Shown piece after piece: positions 1-8,972 of a stretch of 50,194 nt of DNA. The notes below the pieces were generated by a model that saw nothing but the letters and a program-made list of their open reading frames with translations, did not search any database and was not told the origin of the DNA. The translations under genes and the position numbers were made by a program. Origin of the DNA: Desulfurellaceae bacterium (GTDB lineage Bacteria > Campylobacterota_A > Desulfurellia > Desulfurellales > Hippeaceae); contig WFQQ01000011.1 in the NCBI GenBank assembly GCA_015486965.1, forward strand, positions 1-50,194, given 5' to 3'. The stretch's first letter is position 1; every line of letters starts with the position of its first letter.

Positions 1-2
1 GG

Positions 3-122
3 ATACAGCTGGGCTTTGCTTTCGGTTTTCCTACAATGTATATTCTGACAGGTGTAATTTTTTCTCTTAACTTAATCGTTTTTCTCATTTTAAGACGCAA
101 GGAGCTTAAGCTTATCAGTTGA
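3..122 (+). CDS. 3' end of a membrane protein (partial, possibly an MFS transporter C-terminus)
   Basis: Frame 3 is open from the window edge: IQLGFAFGFPTMYILTGVIFSLNLIVFLILRRKELKLIS*, a hydrophobic helix followed by basic residues; TGA at 120-122. Confidence 0.55.
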   Translation: MQLGFAFGFPTMYILTGVIFSLNLIVFLILRRKELKLIS

Positions 123-206
123 CTACTGTACGATTTTTACCCTCTCTTTTTTCAATGTCTATCTAAACCCGATTAAAGCCAATTTTTTATACTTACAATT
201 CTTTCA

Positions 207-223
207 TTGGAATGGCGTTTGCT
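207..223 (+). promoter_or_regulatory. sigma54 (RpoN) -24/-12 promoter of flgF
   Basis: TTGGAATGGCGTTTGCT = GG(209-210)-N10-GC(221-222), TGGAA variant typical of Campylobacterota; 28 nt upstream of the flgF ATG, with RBS GGAGG at 241-245. Confidence 0.8.
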
Positions 224-251
224 ACTTACCCCTTTCAGAGGGAGGTGGCTG

Positions 252-1049
252 ATGTTTAGCGGGGTTTACGATGCTGCGGGTGGCATGATTATAGAGATGC
301 AGAGGGTTAACAACATATCAAACAACATAGCCAATATAGATACACCCGGTTTTAAAAAGGAGCGTATAAATGTAAAAACATGGTCTAAAATATGGGGTGA
401 GGCTAACGCCAGGCTTCCAATTCCTCCCGATACGAAAGAAGCTTCAGATTTCATTAATGAAACAGTGGATTCTGTTCCCCACCTTGACAAAAGCTACATA
501 GATTTTTCTCAAGGACCACTAAAACACACGGGCAATAACCTGGATTTTGCCATCTCAGGGAAAGGGTTTTTCGTTGTATTAACACCAAATGGCTTGAGAT
601 ATACGAGGAACGGTCAATTCGATATTAATGCAAATGGGATATTGGTTGAGAGAGATACGGGATACCCTGTAGTTGGAGAGAATTACTATAGAACAAACAA
701 GCTTATAAAGATTACAGGAAGGCATATAACAATAAGAACGGATGGCACTGTTATAGTTGATGGTTCAAAGGTTGATAAAATTGCCATCAGGGATTTTAGG
801 AATTACTCCAATCTTAGAAAAACTCAAGATACAGGTTTTGTACCAACAAATGGAGAAGCACCGATTTTACCTACAAGAACAACATATTTGAAAGAGGGAT
901 ATGTTGAGTTAAGTAATGTGAGTGTCGTAAAAGAGATGGTTAAACTCATAGAGGCACAGAGGAATTTTGAGCGTTATCAAAGGGTCATTGACTCATTGGG
1001 CAATGAGCTTTTAGGAGAGACGGTCAGGAATCTTTCAAAGGTAACTTAA
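252..1049 (+). CDS. flgF: flagellar basal-body rod protein FlgF (FlgF/FlgG-like)
   Basis: SNNIANIDTPGFK N-terminal motif, TGNNLDFAISGKGFF, YTRNGQF, ELSNVSVVKEMV; start moved to ATG 252 behind RBS GGAGG; precedes flgG. Confidence 0.88.
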   Translation: MFSGVYDAAGGMIIEMQRVNNISNNIANIDTPGFKKERINVKTWSKIWGEANARLPIPPDTKEASDFINETVDSVPHLDKSYIDFSQGPLKHTGNNLDFAISGKGFFVVLTPNGLRYTRNGQFDINANGILVERDTGYPVVGENYYRTNKLIKITGRHITIRTDGTVIVDGSKVDKIAIRDFRNYSNLRKTQDTGFVPTNGEAPILPTRTTYLKEGYVELSNVSVVKEMVKLIEAQRNFERYQRVIDSLGNELLGETVRNLSKVT

Positions 1050-1064
1050 GTTGGAGGTAGTTAT

Positions 1065-1853
1065 ATGATTAGGTCTTTATGGACTGCAGCGACGGGCATG
1101 GAAGCCCAGCAGTTGAATGTTGATACAATAGCAAACAACCTTGCTAATGTTAACACCGTTGGTTTTAAAAGGAGTAGAGCTGATTTCGAAGACCTCCTGT
1201 ATCAGATGCTTAGACAGCCAGGAGTTGCCTCTACTGCTAATACGGTTGAACCAACAGGTATACAGATTGGTCTTGGTGTGAAGCCAGCTGCAGTTGTTAA
1301 AAACTTTGCTCAGGGTAATTTTAAAGAGACGGGCAATCCCTTGGATGTGGCAATAGCAGGTCATGGGTTTTTTCAGATCCTTATGCCAGATGGTACAATT
1401 GCATATACGAGGAGCGGAGCGTTTAAAATAGATAACAATGGCAGAATTGTTAACTCTGAAGGTTATCCATTAACTCCCCAGATAACAATACCCAATGATG
1501 CAGTTGCAATAAATATAGGAAACGATGGAACAGTTTCTGTTTTAGAGGCTGGACAGACAACACCTACGCAGATTGGTCAGATTCAGCTTGCATACTTTGT
1601 AAATCCAGCTGGCTTAAAAGCTTTAGGACACAACCTTTATCAGGATACACAATCTTCTGGTACTGCAACGATTGGAAATCCCGGAACCAACGGGCTTGGA
1701 ACCCTTGAACAGGGTGTGCTTGAGATGAGTAATGTTAGTGTTGTTCAGGAGATGGTTGAAATGATAGCCGCTCAAAGGGCTTATGAAACCAATGCAAAAG
1801 CTATTCAAACAAGCGATGAGATGTTGCAAACTGCTAATAACCTTAAGCGTTAG
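1065..1853 (+). CDS. flgG: flagellar basal-body rod protein FlgG
   Basis: [56 protein letters not shown]; 262 aa. Confidence 0.96.
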   Translation: MIRSLWTAATGMEAQQLNVDTIANNLANVNTVGFKRSRADFEDLLYQMLRQPGVASTANTVEPTGIQIGLGVKPAAVVKNFAQGNFKETGNPLDVAIAGHGFFQILMPDGTIAYTRSGAFKIDNNGRIVNSEGYPLTPQITIPNDAVAINIGNDGTVSVLEAGQTTPTQIGQIQLAYFVNPAGLKALGHNLYQDTQSSGTATIGNPGTNGLGTLEQGVLEMSNVSVVQEMVEMIAAQRAYETNAKAIQTSDEMLQTANNLKR

Positions 1854-2700
1854 CATAGCTCTGTTCTCTATTTCTGCCTTTGGATGTGATGTAGTTTTGA
1901 AAAAAAAGGCAGCAGTTGGTTTGGGTAATATAACGCTTAAAGATGTTGCTGTACGCTATCCAAAGGATATTTCAAATTTTGTTATAGGCTCCGCTCCATA
2001 TCTCAATAATTCTGTGGTGTTAAGCGGGGTTTACATAAAGTCTCTGTTGCTTCAAAAAGGTATTAAGGTTTCTATATGCGGTTCCCCTCTTGTTCGTGTG
2101 ATAACAAAAGGAGTGGTTCTCAGCAGAGAGAGAATTTTAAAGATAGTGGGTTTAAGAAGCGGAGTGCTTGTCGGAAGAAAGTTTTATATTTTGCCTCTTG
2201 GAAAATACACCTTCAGAAGCAGACTTAATAAGTCAGATAAGGACTTGAGGTTCTACGATATAGAGGTGTATAGGGGAGGTAAATTTTATAAAAATCTATC
2301 TGTTGTTATAAGGTCAAGCGATAAGTCCTACCAGATTCCTGTGGCAAGCAGGGAGATAGAGCCAGGATGTTTAATAAAGAGCTCAGACATAACTTATGGT
2401 AAGGTGAGCAGGATTCCCCCCAATGCCCTTACCTCCAAATCTATAATAGTGGGGAGGGTCTCCTTAACGCTGATTAGGAAGGGTAAACCGTTTACACAGT
2501 CCAATACGAAACGATACAAACCTGTAAGGATGGGTGATCTTGTGAAAGTAAAGGTAGTTCAAGGCAGTGTGATTATATATACGATAGCAAAAGCCTTGCG
2601 TGGGGGCTACGATGGAGATATAATTCCCATAATGTATTTAAGTTCAAAGAGGGTTAGGACAGCAAGAGTGGTGGGAAGAAAAACAGTGGTTGTTCAATGA
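1816..2700 (+). CDS. flgA: flagellar P-ring formation chaperone FlgA
   Basis: N-terminal signal peptide; C-terminal SAF-like VASREIEPG and V.MGD.V...AKAL.GG..GD.I region; follows flgG; start chosen at ATG 1816 (uncertain). Confidence 0.75.
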   Translation: MRCCKLLITLSVSIALFSISAFGCDVVLKKKAAVGLGNITLKDVAVRYPKDISNFVIGSAPYLNNSVVLSGVYIKSLLLQKGIKVSICGSPLVRVITKGVVLSRERILKIVGLRSGVLVGRKFYILPLGKYTFRSRLNKSDKDLRFYDIEVYRGGKFYKNLSVVIRSSDKSYQIPVASREIEPGCLIKSSDITYGKVSRIPPNALTSKSIIVGRVSLTLIRKGKPFTQSNTKRYKPVRMGDLVKVKVVQGSVIIYTIAKALRGGYDGDIIPIMYLSSKRVRTARVVGRKTVVVQ

Positions 2701-3248
2701 GAGTTGCTGTATGTATTAGCGGGGCTTCAGGTGCGGTTTATGCGAAGCGGTTAATAGATTACCTTGAAAATAGAGTTGAGCTATCTGTTGTAATATCTGA
2801 AGACGCAAAAAAGATTTTTGAAGATGAGCTTTCCTTGAATTTTTTTGAATTTACCAAAAGTATGGGGTTTAAACTTTATAAAAATAGTGATTTTTATTCA
2901 CCCCTCGCTTCAGGGTCCCATATACTTGACAGCTGTGTAGTTGTTCCATGCTCGATGAAGACGCTTTCCGCCATTGCTCATGGTTTTTCTGAAAATTTAA
3001 TATGTAGATGTGCGGATGTTTGCATAAAAGAAAAGAGAAAACTCATTCTTGTTCCAAGGGAGACCCCACTTTCTGCTATTCACCTTGAGAATATGTTGAA
3101 ACTCGCACGGTTGGGTGTTGTTATTTTACCGCCTGCTCCTGCGTTTTATGGTAAGCCAAAGAGCATATCCGACATTGTTGATTTTGTGGTTGGAAGGATA
3201 CTTGATTCAATGGGTATAGAAAACCGCCTTTACAGGAGATGGGAATAA
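2697..3248 (+). CDS. ubiX: flavin prenyltransferase UbiX
   Basis: ISGASGA, PLASGS, PCSMKTL, PRETPL, PPAPAFY motifs; ATGA overlap with flgA. Confidence 0.93.
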   Translation: MRVAVCISGASGAVYAKRLIDYLENRVELSVVISEDAKKIFEDELSLNFFEFTKSMGFKLYKNSDFYSPLASGSHILDSCVVVPCSMKTLSAIAHGFSENLICRCADVCIKEKRKLILVPRETPLSAIHLENMLKLARLGVVILPPAPAFYGKPKSISDIVDFVVGRILDSMGIENRLYRRWE

Positions 3249-4870
3249 AAAAAGCAAGAGCGATTTCTGGTTTTAAGCGTTTTAATCAGATAGCCTATAT
3301 TATCACAAAATATGGTTTAGGGGAGCTTGCTGAGTTTACAAGGATTAGGAAAAAGTCTGTTGATGAATCAACTGTTGCAGTTAGATTTAAAAGGATGCTT
3401 GAGGAGTTGGGTCCCACATTTGTTAAATTTGGTCAACTATTGAGCACCCAGGAGGGTATACTGCCAGAATCGTTTATTGAGGAGTTAAAGCAGCTTCAGG
3501 ATAATGTTGAGCCCTTTGGGTTCGATGAAGTCAAAAGGATTATAGAGAGTGAGCTATCTAGAAGTATGGAAGATTTGTTTGATGAGTTTGACAAGCTCCC
3601 GGAGGCATCTGCCTCGCTCGGGCAAGTCCATAAAGCCAAACTCAAGAGTGGAGAGTATGTAGCCGTAAAGATTCAGAGGCCTGGCATTGAGGAAGTCATA
3701 GCATCTGATATGTTCCTTCTTAAAAGGCTTGGAATGCTTATTTCTAAAAGGGTTAAGCAGTTTTTCCACTTCGATATTATGCCTTTGATAGATGAATTTG
3801 ACAAGACAATAAGGCGAGAGATGGATTACGAGATAGAGGCACACTTTATAGAGGTTTTTAAGAAAAACCTTTCAAAATTTGATTATGTTTATGTTCCGAA
3901 GGTTTTCTGGCAATATACAACGAGAAAAATCATAACTATGGAGTATATTTTTGGCCATAAAGCAACCAATAAAAAGGGGTTGGTTGAGGCGGGCTTTAAC
4001 TTAAAGGAGCTTGCCGTTAAAGGGGCTAAAGTGTTTTGGTATCAAATTTTCGATGTTGGTTTGTTCCACGCTGACCCCCATCCAGGCAACATCATAATAA
4101 TGAAAGATGGAAGAATATGTTATATCGATTACGGAATGGTGGGAAAGATTACAAATGAGGATAAGGTCAATCTTATTGAGATGATTTCAGGATTTATAGA
4201 GAAAGATGCCACAAAGATATTTTACTCAATTGAGAATTTTGCTGCTATGGGAGACGATGTGGATGAGGATGAGCTGCTTGTTGATATCGATGAACTTATA
4301 GAGATGTATCACTCTTTACCTTTAAAAAGGATGAATTTGACGAGAATTCTAAGGGATGTTTTTGCCGTTTTGAGAAAGCACGGGATTGTGGTTAAGAGAA
4401 GCTCATCGAGGCTTTTGAGAGCTATAATGATAGCAGATGGTGTCGGTAGGGATTTCTACCCTGAGTTCAATTTCGTTGATGTGGCAGCACCATATTTTAG
4501 AAGATTTGCCAAGAAGTACTACTCCCCTTTAAATATTTTAAGATTGCTCTTAAAACCCAGCCCAGATTATCTGATAGCTGCAAAAAAGCTGCCGTCCGCA
4601 ACCAAACACATAGTTAACTCCATGCAGAAGGGCTCTTTTAAAATAACAGCAGAGGTAGATGAATTTTCAAGGATGATAGATACTTTCAGGTATGTAGCAC
4701 GGCAGATAGGTATAAGTCTTGTAATGAGTGCAGTTATAATTGGTATGTCAATACTCCTTGCCAGCCATATAGGTCCAAAAATTGGCTCTGTACCTGTTGT
4801 TTTGATTGTTTCTTTAGTGGTTATCGTAGTTCTTGCCATTGGTATTATCGATGCTGAAAAGCGTCTTTAG
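3239..4870 (+). CDS. ubiB: AarF/UbiB (ABC1) family atypical kinase with C-terminal TM helices
   Basis: LGPTFVKFGQLLS, ASASLGQVH, VAVKIQRP, FHADPHPGN, IDYGMVG. Confidence 0.88.
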   Translation: MGIKKARAISGFKRFNQIAYIITKYGLGELAEFTRIRKKSVDESTVAVRFKRMLEELGPTFVKFGQLLSTQEGILPESFIEELKQLQDNVEPFGFDEVKRIIESELSRSMEDLFDEFDKLPEASASLGQVHKAKLKSGEYVAVKIQRPGIEEVIASDMFLLKRLGMLISKRVKQFFHFDIMPLIDEFDKTIRREMDYEIEAHFIEVFKKNLSKFDYVYVPKVFWQYTTRKIITMEYIFGHKATNKKGLVEAGFNLKELAVKGAKVFWYQIFDVGLFHADPHPGNIIIMKDGRICYIDYGMVGKITNEDKVNLIEMISGFIEKDATKIFYSIENFAAMGDDVDEDELLVDIDELIEMYHSLPLKRMNLTRILRDVFAVLRKHGIVVKRSSSRLLRAIMIADGVGRDFYPEFNFVDVAAPYFRRFAKKYYSPLNILRLLLKPSPDYLIAAKKLPSATKHIVNSMQKGSFKITAEVDEFSRMIDTFRYVARQIGISLVMSAVIIGMSILLASHIGPKIGSVPVVLIVSLVVIVVLAIGIIDAEKRL

Positions 4871-6051
4871 ATAATTATTCCGCTTATATTTATATGTGGA
4901 TTGGCTGAAAGGTCTATTTCAAAAGGTTCAATGCGTTTTTTTCTGTCGTTGAAAATTACCCTGATTACAGGCCTCGATAGGTTATCTCTGTTTATTTTTG
5001 ATACAACACCGATATAGTTTTTGAATTTACCCGAAGAAATTATCACCGTAGTGCCAAGGGGGTAGGCAGGTATCACCTCGAACATCATTTTCAACACTTC
5101 CCTGTTTATGTGTGTTCCAGCCATTCTTTTCATGATAAAGAAAGCCTGGTCAGGTGTATATGCACTTCTATAGACACGGGGAGAGACAAGGGCGTCGTAA
5201 ACATTGGCTGCATAAACTATCTCAGCGAGTGGCATAATATAACCTTTTTTAATCTCTTTCCTTGGTAGTGGCATCGTGTTATCTCCCTTAAGTCCCCTTG
5301 GATACCCTTCTCCGTTTTGTTGTTCGTGGTGTTGATAAACAATATGGGCTGCTATGATACCAATGTCTGCTATATCTTTCAGAGTTATATACCCCAACGA
5401 GGGGTGCGTTTTAATCTTTTCAAACTCCTCTTTAGAAAGTTTCCTCGGCTCTTCGTAAAGGCTCCTGTCAATTAAGACCCTCCCTATATCGTGAAGGAGA
5501 CACCCTTTTGCGAGTTCGATGAGTTTGTTTTTATCGTATAGAAATTTATCGGCAAGGGCAATTGATATAACCGTTACATCTACGCAGTGCTTGTATGTAA
5601 AATCACTGAACCTTTTGAAGCTGACAAGTCCACTGAGCATTTTGTTGTCTAAAACCTCATCGACGATTTGATAGGATATGGCACCTATATTTTTCAAAAC
5701 CTTTGAATTGGCAAGTTTTTCTTTTATGCCGCCCCGCTCGATACTATTTTTAATCTCTCCCACAGTAGCTTTCTTAACATCCTTTAATTCACTCAGCGGT
5801 ATACTGAACAGAGCGCGGATGTGCTGAATTGCTTTTCTTCTTGTCTGTTCTCTTATATCATCTTCAACAACTATATCACTCGTATCCGGGTCTTCGATGA
5901 AAACGGTATCGTAGCCCAGCTTTTTTAATCTATCTATATAGAACTGTGTGAGCTTTACACCTTTGTTAAGTAGAACGGTTCCATTGTCGCTTATTATGGC
6001 TTTGCCCAAAACCATTCCGGGCTTTAGATAATCTACGCTGACCCTGTACAT
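4867..6051 (-). CDS. HD-GYP domain protein (c-di-GMP phosphodiesterase family)
   Basis: N-terminal LKPGMVLGK motif, HCVDV, LLHDIG, HHE..NGEGYP, VYDAL, RVYR. Confidence 0.88.
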   Translation of the reverse strand: MYRVSVDYLKPGMVLGKAIISDNGTVLLNKGVKLTQFYIDRLKKLGYDTVFIEDPDTSDIVVEDDIREQTRRKAIQHIRALFSIPLSELKDVKKATVGEIKNSIERGGIKEKLANSKVLKNIGAISYQIVDEVLDNKMLSGLVSFKRFSDFTYKHCVDVTVISIALADKFLYDKNKLIELAKGCLLHDIGRVLIDRSLYEEPRKLSKEEFEKIKTHPSLGYITLKDIADIGIIAAHIVYQHHEQQNGEGYPRGLKGDNTMPLPRKEIKKGYIMPLAEIVYAANVYDALVSPRVYRSAYTPDQAFFIMKRMAGTHINREVLKMMFEVIPAYPLGTTVIISSGKFKNYIGVVSKINRDNLSRPVIRVIFNDRKKRIEPFEIDLSANPHINISGIII

Positions 6052-6057
6052 CTATGA

Positions 6058-6456
6058 TTATTTGGACTTTTCGTATTTCTCTTTTATCTTTTCATACGCT
6101 TCTAAAAAGCTGTTCAGGCTATCCCTTATGTTTGTAAGCACAGCAGCCCATTCATCCAAATTCTGCCTACCCTTTTCTGTAATTCTGTATATGCGTTTTG
6201 CGGCGCCCTTCTCTTTTACATTCCACCGAGAGCTTAAAAGTCCCTCTTTTTCCATGTTTCTCAATGTTTTGTATACATACCCAAACTCGTATGTTTCGTA
6301 CTTTACACCAATCTCTTTTAACTTCTCTATAAGCTCGTATCCGTGTGTTTCACCTTCAGCCAAAAATAACAGCAGGAAAGCCCGTAAAAATCTCGGAGGC
6401 CTGTCTCCGGGATAGTTTTTACACCAGCCCTTAATTTTTACATCTATTTCACCCAT
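6058..6456 (-). CDS. PadR-family transcriptional regulator
   Basis: LLLFL..HGYEL, VYKTLRNME..GLL, KRIYRITEKG winged helix; RBS GGAGG upstream. Confidence 0.9.
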   Translation of the reverse strand: MGEIDVKIKGWCKNYPGDRPPRFLRAFLLLFLAEGETHGYELIEKLKEIGVKYETYEFGYVYKTLRNMEKEGLLSSRWNVKEKGAAKRIYRITEKGRQNLDEWAAVLTNIRDSLNSFLEAYEKIKEKYEKSK

Positions 6457-6483
6457 AGCTATACCTCCCTTTAGTTTTTATAT

Positions 6484-6512
6484 AAAATACTCCCTTAACA
6501 ACATAAAGTCAA
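6484..6512 (-). promoter_or_regulatory. sigma70-like promoter of the padR-HD-GYP unit
   Basis: Minus strand TTGACT-N17-TATTTT. Confidence 0.55.
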
Positions 6513-6525
6513 TAGCTGACTCTAT
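6503..6525. promoter_or_regulatory. inverted repeat overlapping the -35 box (candidate operator)
   Basis: ATAAAGTCA-ATAGC-TGACTCTAT, arms 8/9 complementary. Confidence 0.45.
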
Positions 6526-6542
6526 TTTAACAGTTTATTTAA

Positions 6543-7391
6543 TTAAAAGATTGCTCTGTATGTGTAGGTTTTACCGCTTTTCTCTATCACAGCTACGGTC
6601 TTTGCCCTGTCGTCTATTAGTCTGTAGTAAGGTTCTTTGAGTTTAGAACAGTTTATAAGTTTACAGATTGGATAGCCGTTTTTTATGGTGTTGACTACAA
6701 TCTGGTCAACAACTATCTCATCCATAAATTTTAAGGCTTCATCCACTGACATGATTTTGGGGTCTGATAGAGTTGATGCCTGTTCAAGAGAGAAGGGGTG
6801 TATATATGTTCTTTTGAGGTTAGTGACTATAGCTCCACATCCGAGCTCCGCTCCCATATCGTGTGCCAGTGATCTAATATATGTTCCTTTCGAGCACTTT
6901 ATCCTGAACCTGGCTCTATTTTCTTCAACGGAAACCAACTCCATTGAGTATATTTTAACTCTCCTTTTGGGTAGTTCCACCTGTTCTTTTTTTAAGGCGT
7001 ATTTGTATGACCTTTTTCCTCTGATTTTAATGTTCGAAAACGGAGGTGGGGTTTGCTCAATCTCGCCAATGTAGTGGTTTAAAATTTCAGCCAACCTGTT
7101 TTCCTCTATCCTGTCCACATCCTTTTTATATAATACCCTACCATAAAGGTCGTAGGTGTCTGTTTCTATACCAAATGTAAATTCAGCTTCGTAAACCTTG
7201 TCTCCATTCTCAAAGATGCTCAACAGCTTTGTGGCTTTGTTGATACCTACAACGACAAGCCCTGTGGCCATTTTATCCAGTACGCCAGCATGTCCCATCT
7301 TTTTTATTCCCAGCCTTTTTCTTAAACTCCTTATAACATCAAAGGTGGTGATGCCTGAGGGTTTGTCTATTAAAATTATTCCACTTTTCAT
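6543..7391 (-). CDS. truB: tRNA pseudouridine(55) synthase TruB
   Basis: DKPSGITT, GHAGVLDKMATG, QTPPPFS, CSKGTYIRSL; downstream of rbfA. Confidence 0.93.
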   Translation of the reverse strand: MKSGIILIDKPSGITTFDVIRSLRKRLGIKKMGHAGVLDKMATGLVVVGINKATKLLSIFENGDKVYEAEFTFGIETDTYDLYGRVLYKKDVDRIEENRLAEILNHYIGEIEQTPPPFSNIKIRGKRSYKYALKKEQVELPKRRVKIYSMELVSVEENRARFRIKCSKGTYIRSLAHDMGAELGCGAIVTNLKRTYIHPFSLEQASTLSDPKIMSVDEALKFMDEIVVDQIVVNTIKNGYPICKLINCSKLKEPYYRLIDDRAKTVAVIEKSGKTYTYRAIF

Positions 7392-8339
7392 CTATTTGAG
7401 AAAGCTGAACGCATCTATGATTTTCTGCTTTGCCTCTTTGAAGGGTGCCCTCAATGTGCCGCCAGCAGCGTTTTTATGTCCACCCCCTTCAAATCTTGCT
7501 GCCACCTCACTTACATCAACGCTGCCTCTACTTCTTATACTTATTTTAAAAACATTGGGTTCATCCTCTCTCAAAAAAACCCCTACCTCAACGCCCCTTA
7601 TGCTTCTGGCAAAGTTCACAAAACTTTCTGTATTGTCGGCTGTTGTGTTTGTCCTTTTGAACATATCTTGTGTTGTGTAGAGCAGTGCCAATTTCCCACT
7701 TAGATGAAGTTCTAGTGTGTCAAGGGTTAAAGATAACAGTTTGTAGGTTTCGGGCTTTTCCCTCTCATAGACATTTGAAGCTATATACCAGGGCTCTACA
7801 CCTTTTTCCAATAGCTCTGCTGCCACCTTGAATGTTTTTGGGCTTGTGGATGAGTATCTAAAAGAGCCTGTATCGGTTAGGATGCTCAGATACAGGTACT
7901 CTGCCGTCTTTTTTGTTATAGGTAGTCCGTTGCTTTTTAAGATATCGTATACTATACATCCAACGGCAGCTGCCTCTGGTTCTATCAGATTTATATTCCC
8001 AAAGCCAGGGTTGGTTTTGTGATGATCTATGTTAATGAGTAGTTTATCTTTGACATACTCCTTATCGAGCCCGCACCTGTGCATCTCTGCGCTGTCCAAG
8101 GCTATAACCACCTCAACATCCTTAGAGTTAGTTGTTATCTCGACAGCATTGTAATCGTCAAGAAAATCGTAAATATAGGCTGGTTTTGTTGGTATCTCAA
8201 GGTAAACAGTTTTTCCAAGCTCCTTAAGAACATTGTACAGGGCGAAAGATGAGCCTATGGCATCTCCGTCGGGGTTTTTATGGGTTACAACGAGAAACGA
8301 GTTTTTCTCCTTTATGATTTTTCCAATTTCATGTTTCAT
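7392..8339 (-). CDS. nrnA: DHH/DHHA1 phosphoesterase (NrnA nanoRNase / pAp phosphatase family)
   Basis: HKNPDGDAIGS, NIDHH, TDTGSF, SIRS, GGGHKNAAG. Confidence 0.9.
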   Translation of the reverse strand: MKHEIGKIIKEKNSFLVVTHKNPDGDAIGSSFALYNVLKELGKTVYLEIPTKPAYIYDFLDDYNAVEITTNSKDVEVVIALDSAEMHRCGLDKEYVKDKLLINIDHHKTNPGFGNINLIEPEAAAVGCIVYDILKSNGLPITKKTAEYLYLSILTDTGSFRYSSTSPKTFKVAAELLEKGVEPWYIASNVYEREKPETYKLLSLTLDTLELHLSGKLALLYTTQDMFKRTNTTADNTESFVNFARSIRGVEVGVFLREDEPNVFKISIRSRGSVDVSEVAARFEGGGHKNAAGGTLRAPFKEAKQKIIDAFSFLK

Positions 8340-8694
8340 CTTTCTTTTCTATCTCCTTCAATATTCCGTCTATTTTAAAACCGTAGTCTATGGATGTGTC
8401 GTATTCAAAGATGAGTTTGGGCATATACTTCAGTCTAACCTTCTTGGCGAGGCTTCTTTTTATAAAACCAGAAGCCTTGTTAAGTGTTTCAAGTGTTCCC
8501 TGCTCTGTCATTTCACTTAAGCTTGAACTCACATAGATTTTGGCAATTCTTAAGTCTTCGCTTAGCTCAACATCTGTCAAGGTTATGCTTTTTAGGTTTT
8601 CGTTTCCACTTTCCATGCCTATAATTTGAGACACAGCTTTTTTAATTTCACTTGCCACTCTATCCTTTCTCTTATAGCCACTGTTCCTTCTCAT
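8329..8694 (-). CDS. rbfA: ribosome-binding factor A
   Basis: RKDRVASEI, TDVELSEDLRIAKIY, LKYMPKLIFEYD. Confidence 0.93.
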   Translation of the reverse strand: MRRNSGYKRKDRVASEIKKAVSQIIGMESGNENLKSITLTDVELSEDLRIAKIYVSSSLSEMTEQGTLETLNKASGFIKRSLAKKVRLKYMPKLIFEYDTSIDYGFKIDGILKEIEKKDET

Positions 8695-8972
8695 ATCAGT
8701 TCCCTTTTTGCTTTTACTATCTCAATATTAAAGTTGTTTTCTAAAAAACCAAGGATTTTATCAAAGACCTCGTCTATAAACCTTGTACTGTTGCTTACCG
8801 TTGACAGTCCCAATGTGGCAAAATTTACAATTTCGTTGTTGTCAACTTCGGCTATTGAGACATTGAAGTTTCTCTTGGTTCTCTCTATCAGGCTTTTTAA
8901 GACCCTTCTTTTGTCTTTCAATGTAAAGCTATCTTCGATCCTTATCTCTATCTGCATTAAACCTACAATCAC
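8691..8972 (-). CDS. DUF503 (YlxP-like) protein
   Basis: TLKDKRRVLKSLI..FNVSIAEVD motif; position between infB and rbfA. Confidence 0.88.
   Translation of the reverse strand: MIVGLMQIEIRIEDSFTLKDKRRVLKSLIERTKRNFNVSIAEVDNNEIVNFATLGLSTVSNSTRFIDEVFDKILGFLENNFNIEIVKAKRELI

Noticed and set aside
150-178. Possible sigma28 promoter (CCGAT) upstream of flgF
   Set aside because: No TAAA -35 at the right spacing; the sigma54 site explains the region
207-251. N-terminal extension of flgF in the ORF track (similarly nusA, slyD, dsbC, ligA, rpmB)
   Set aside because: Downstream starts with clear RBS and family-typical N-termini are better supported
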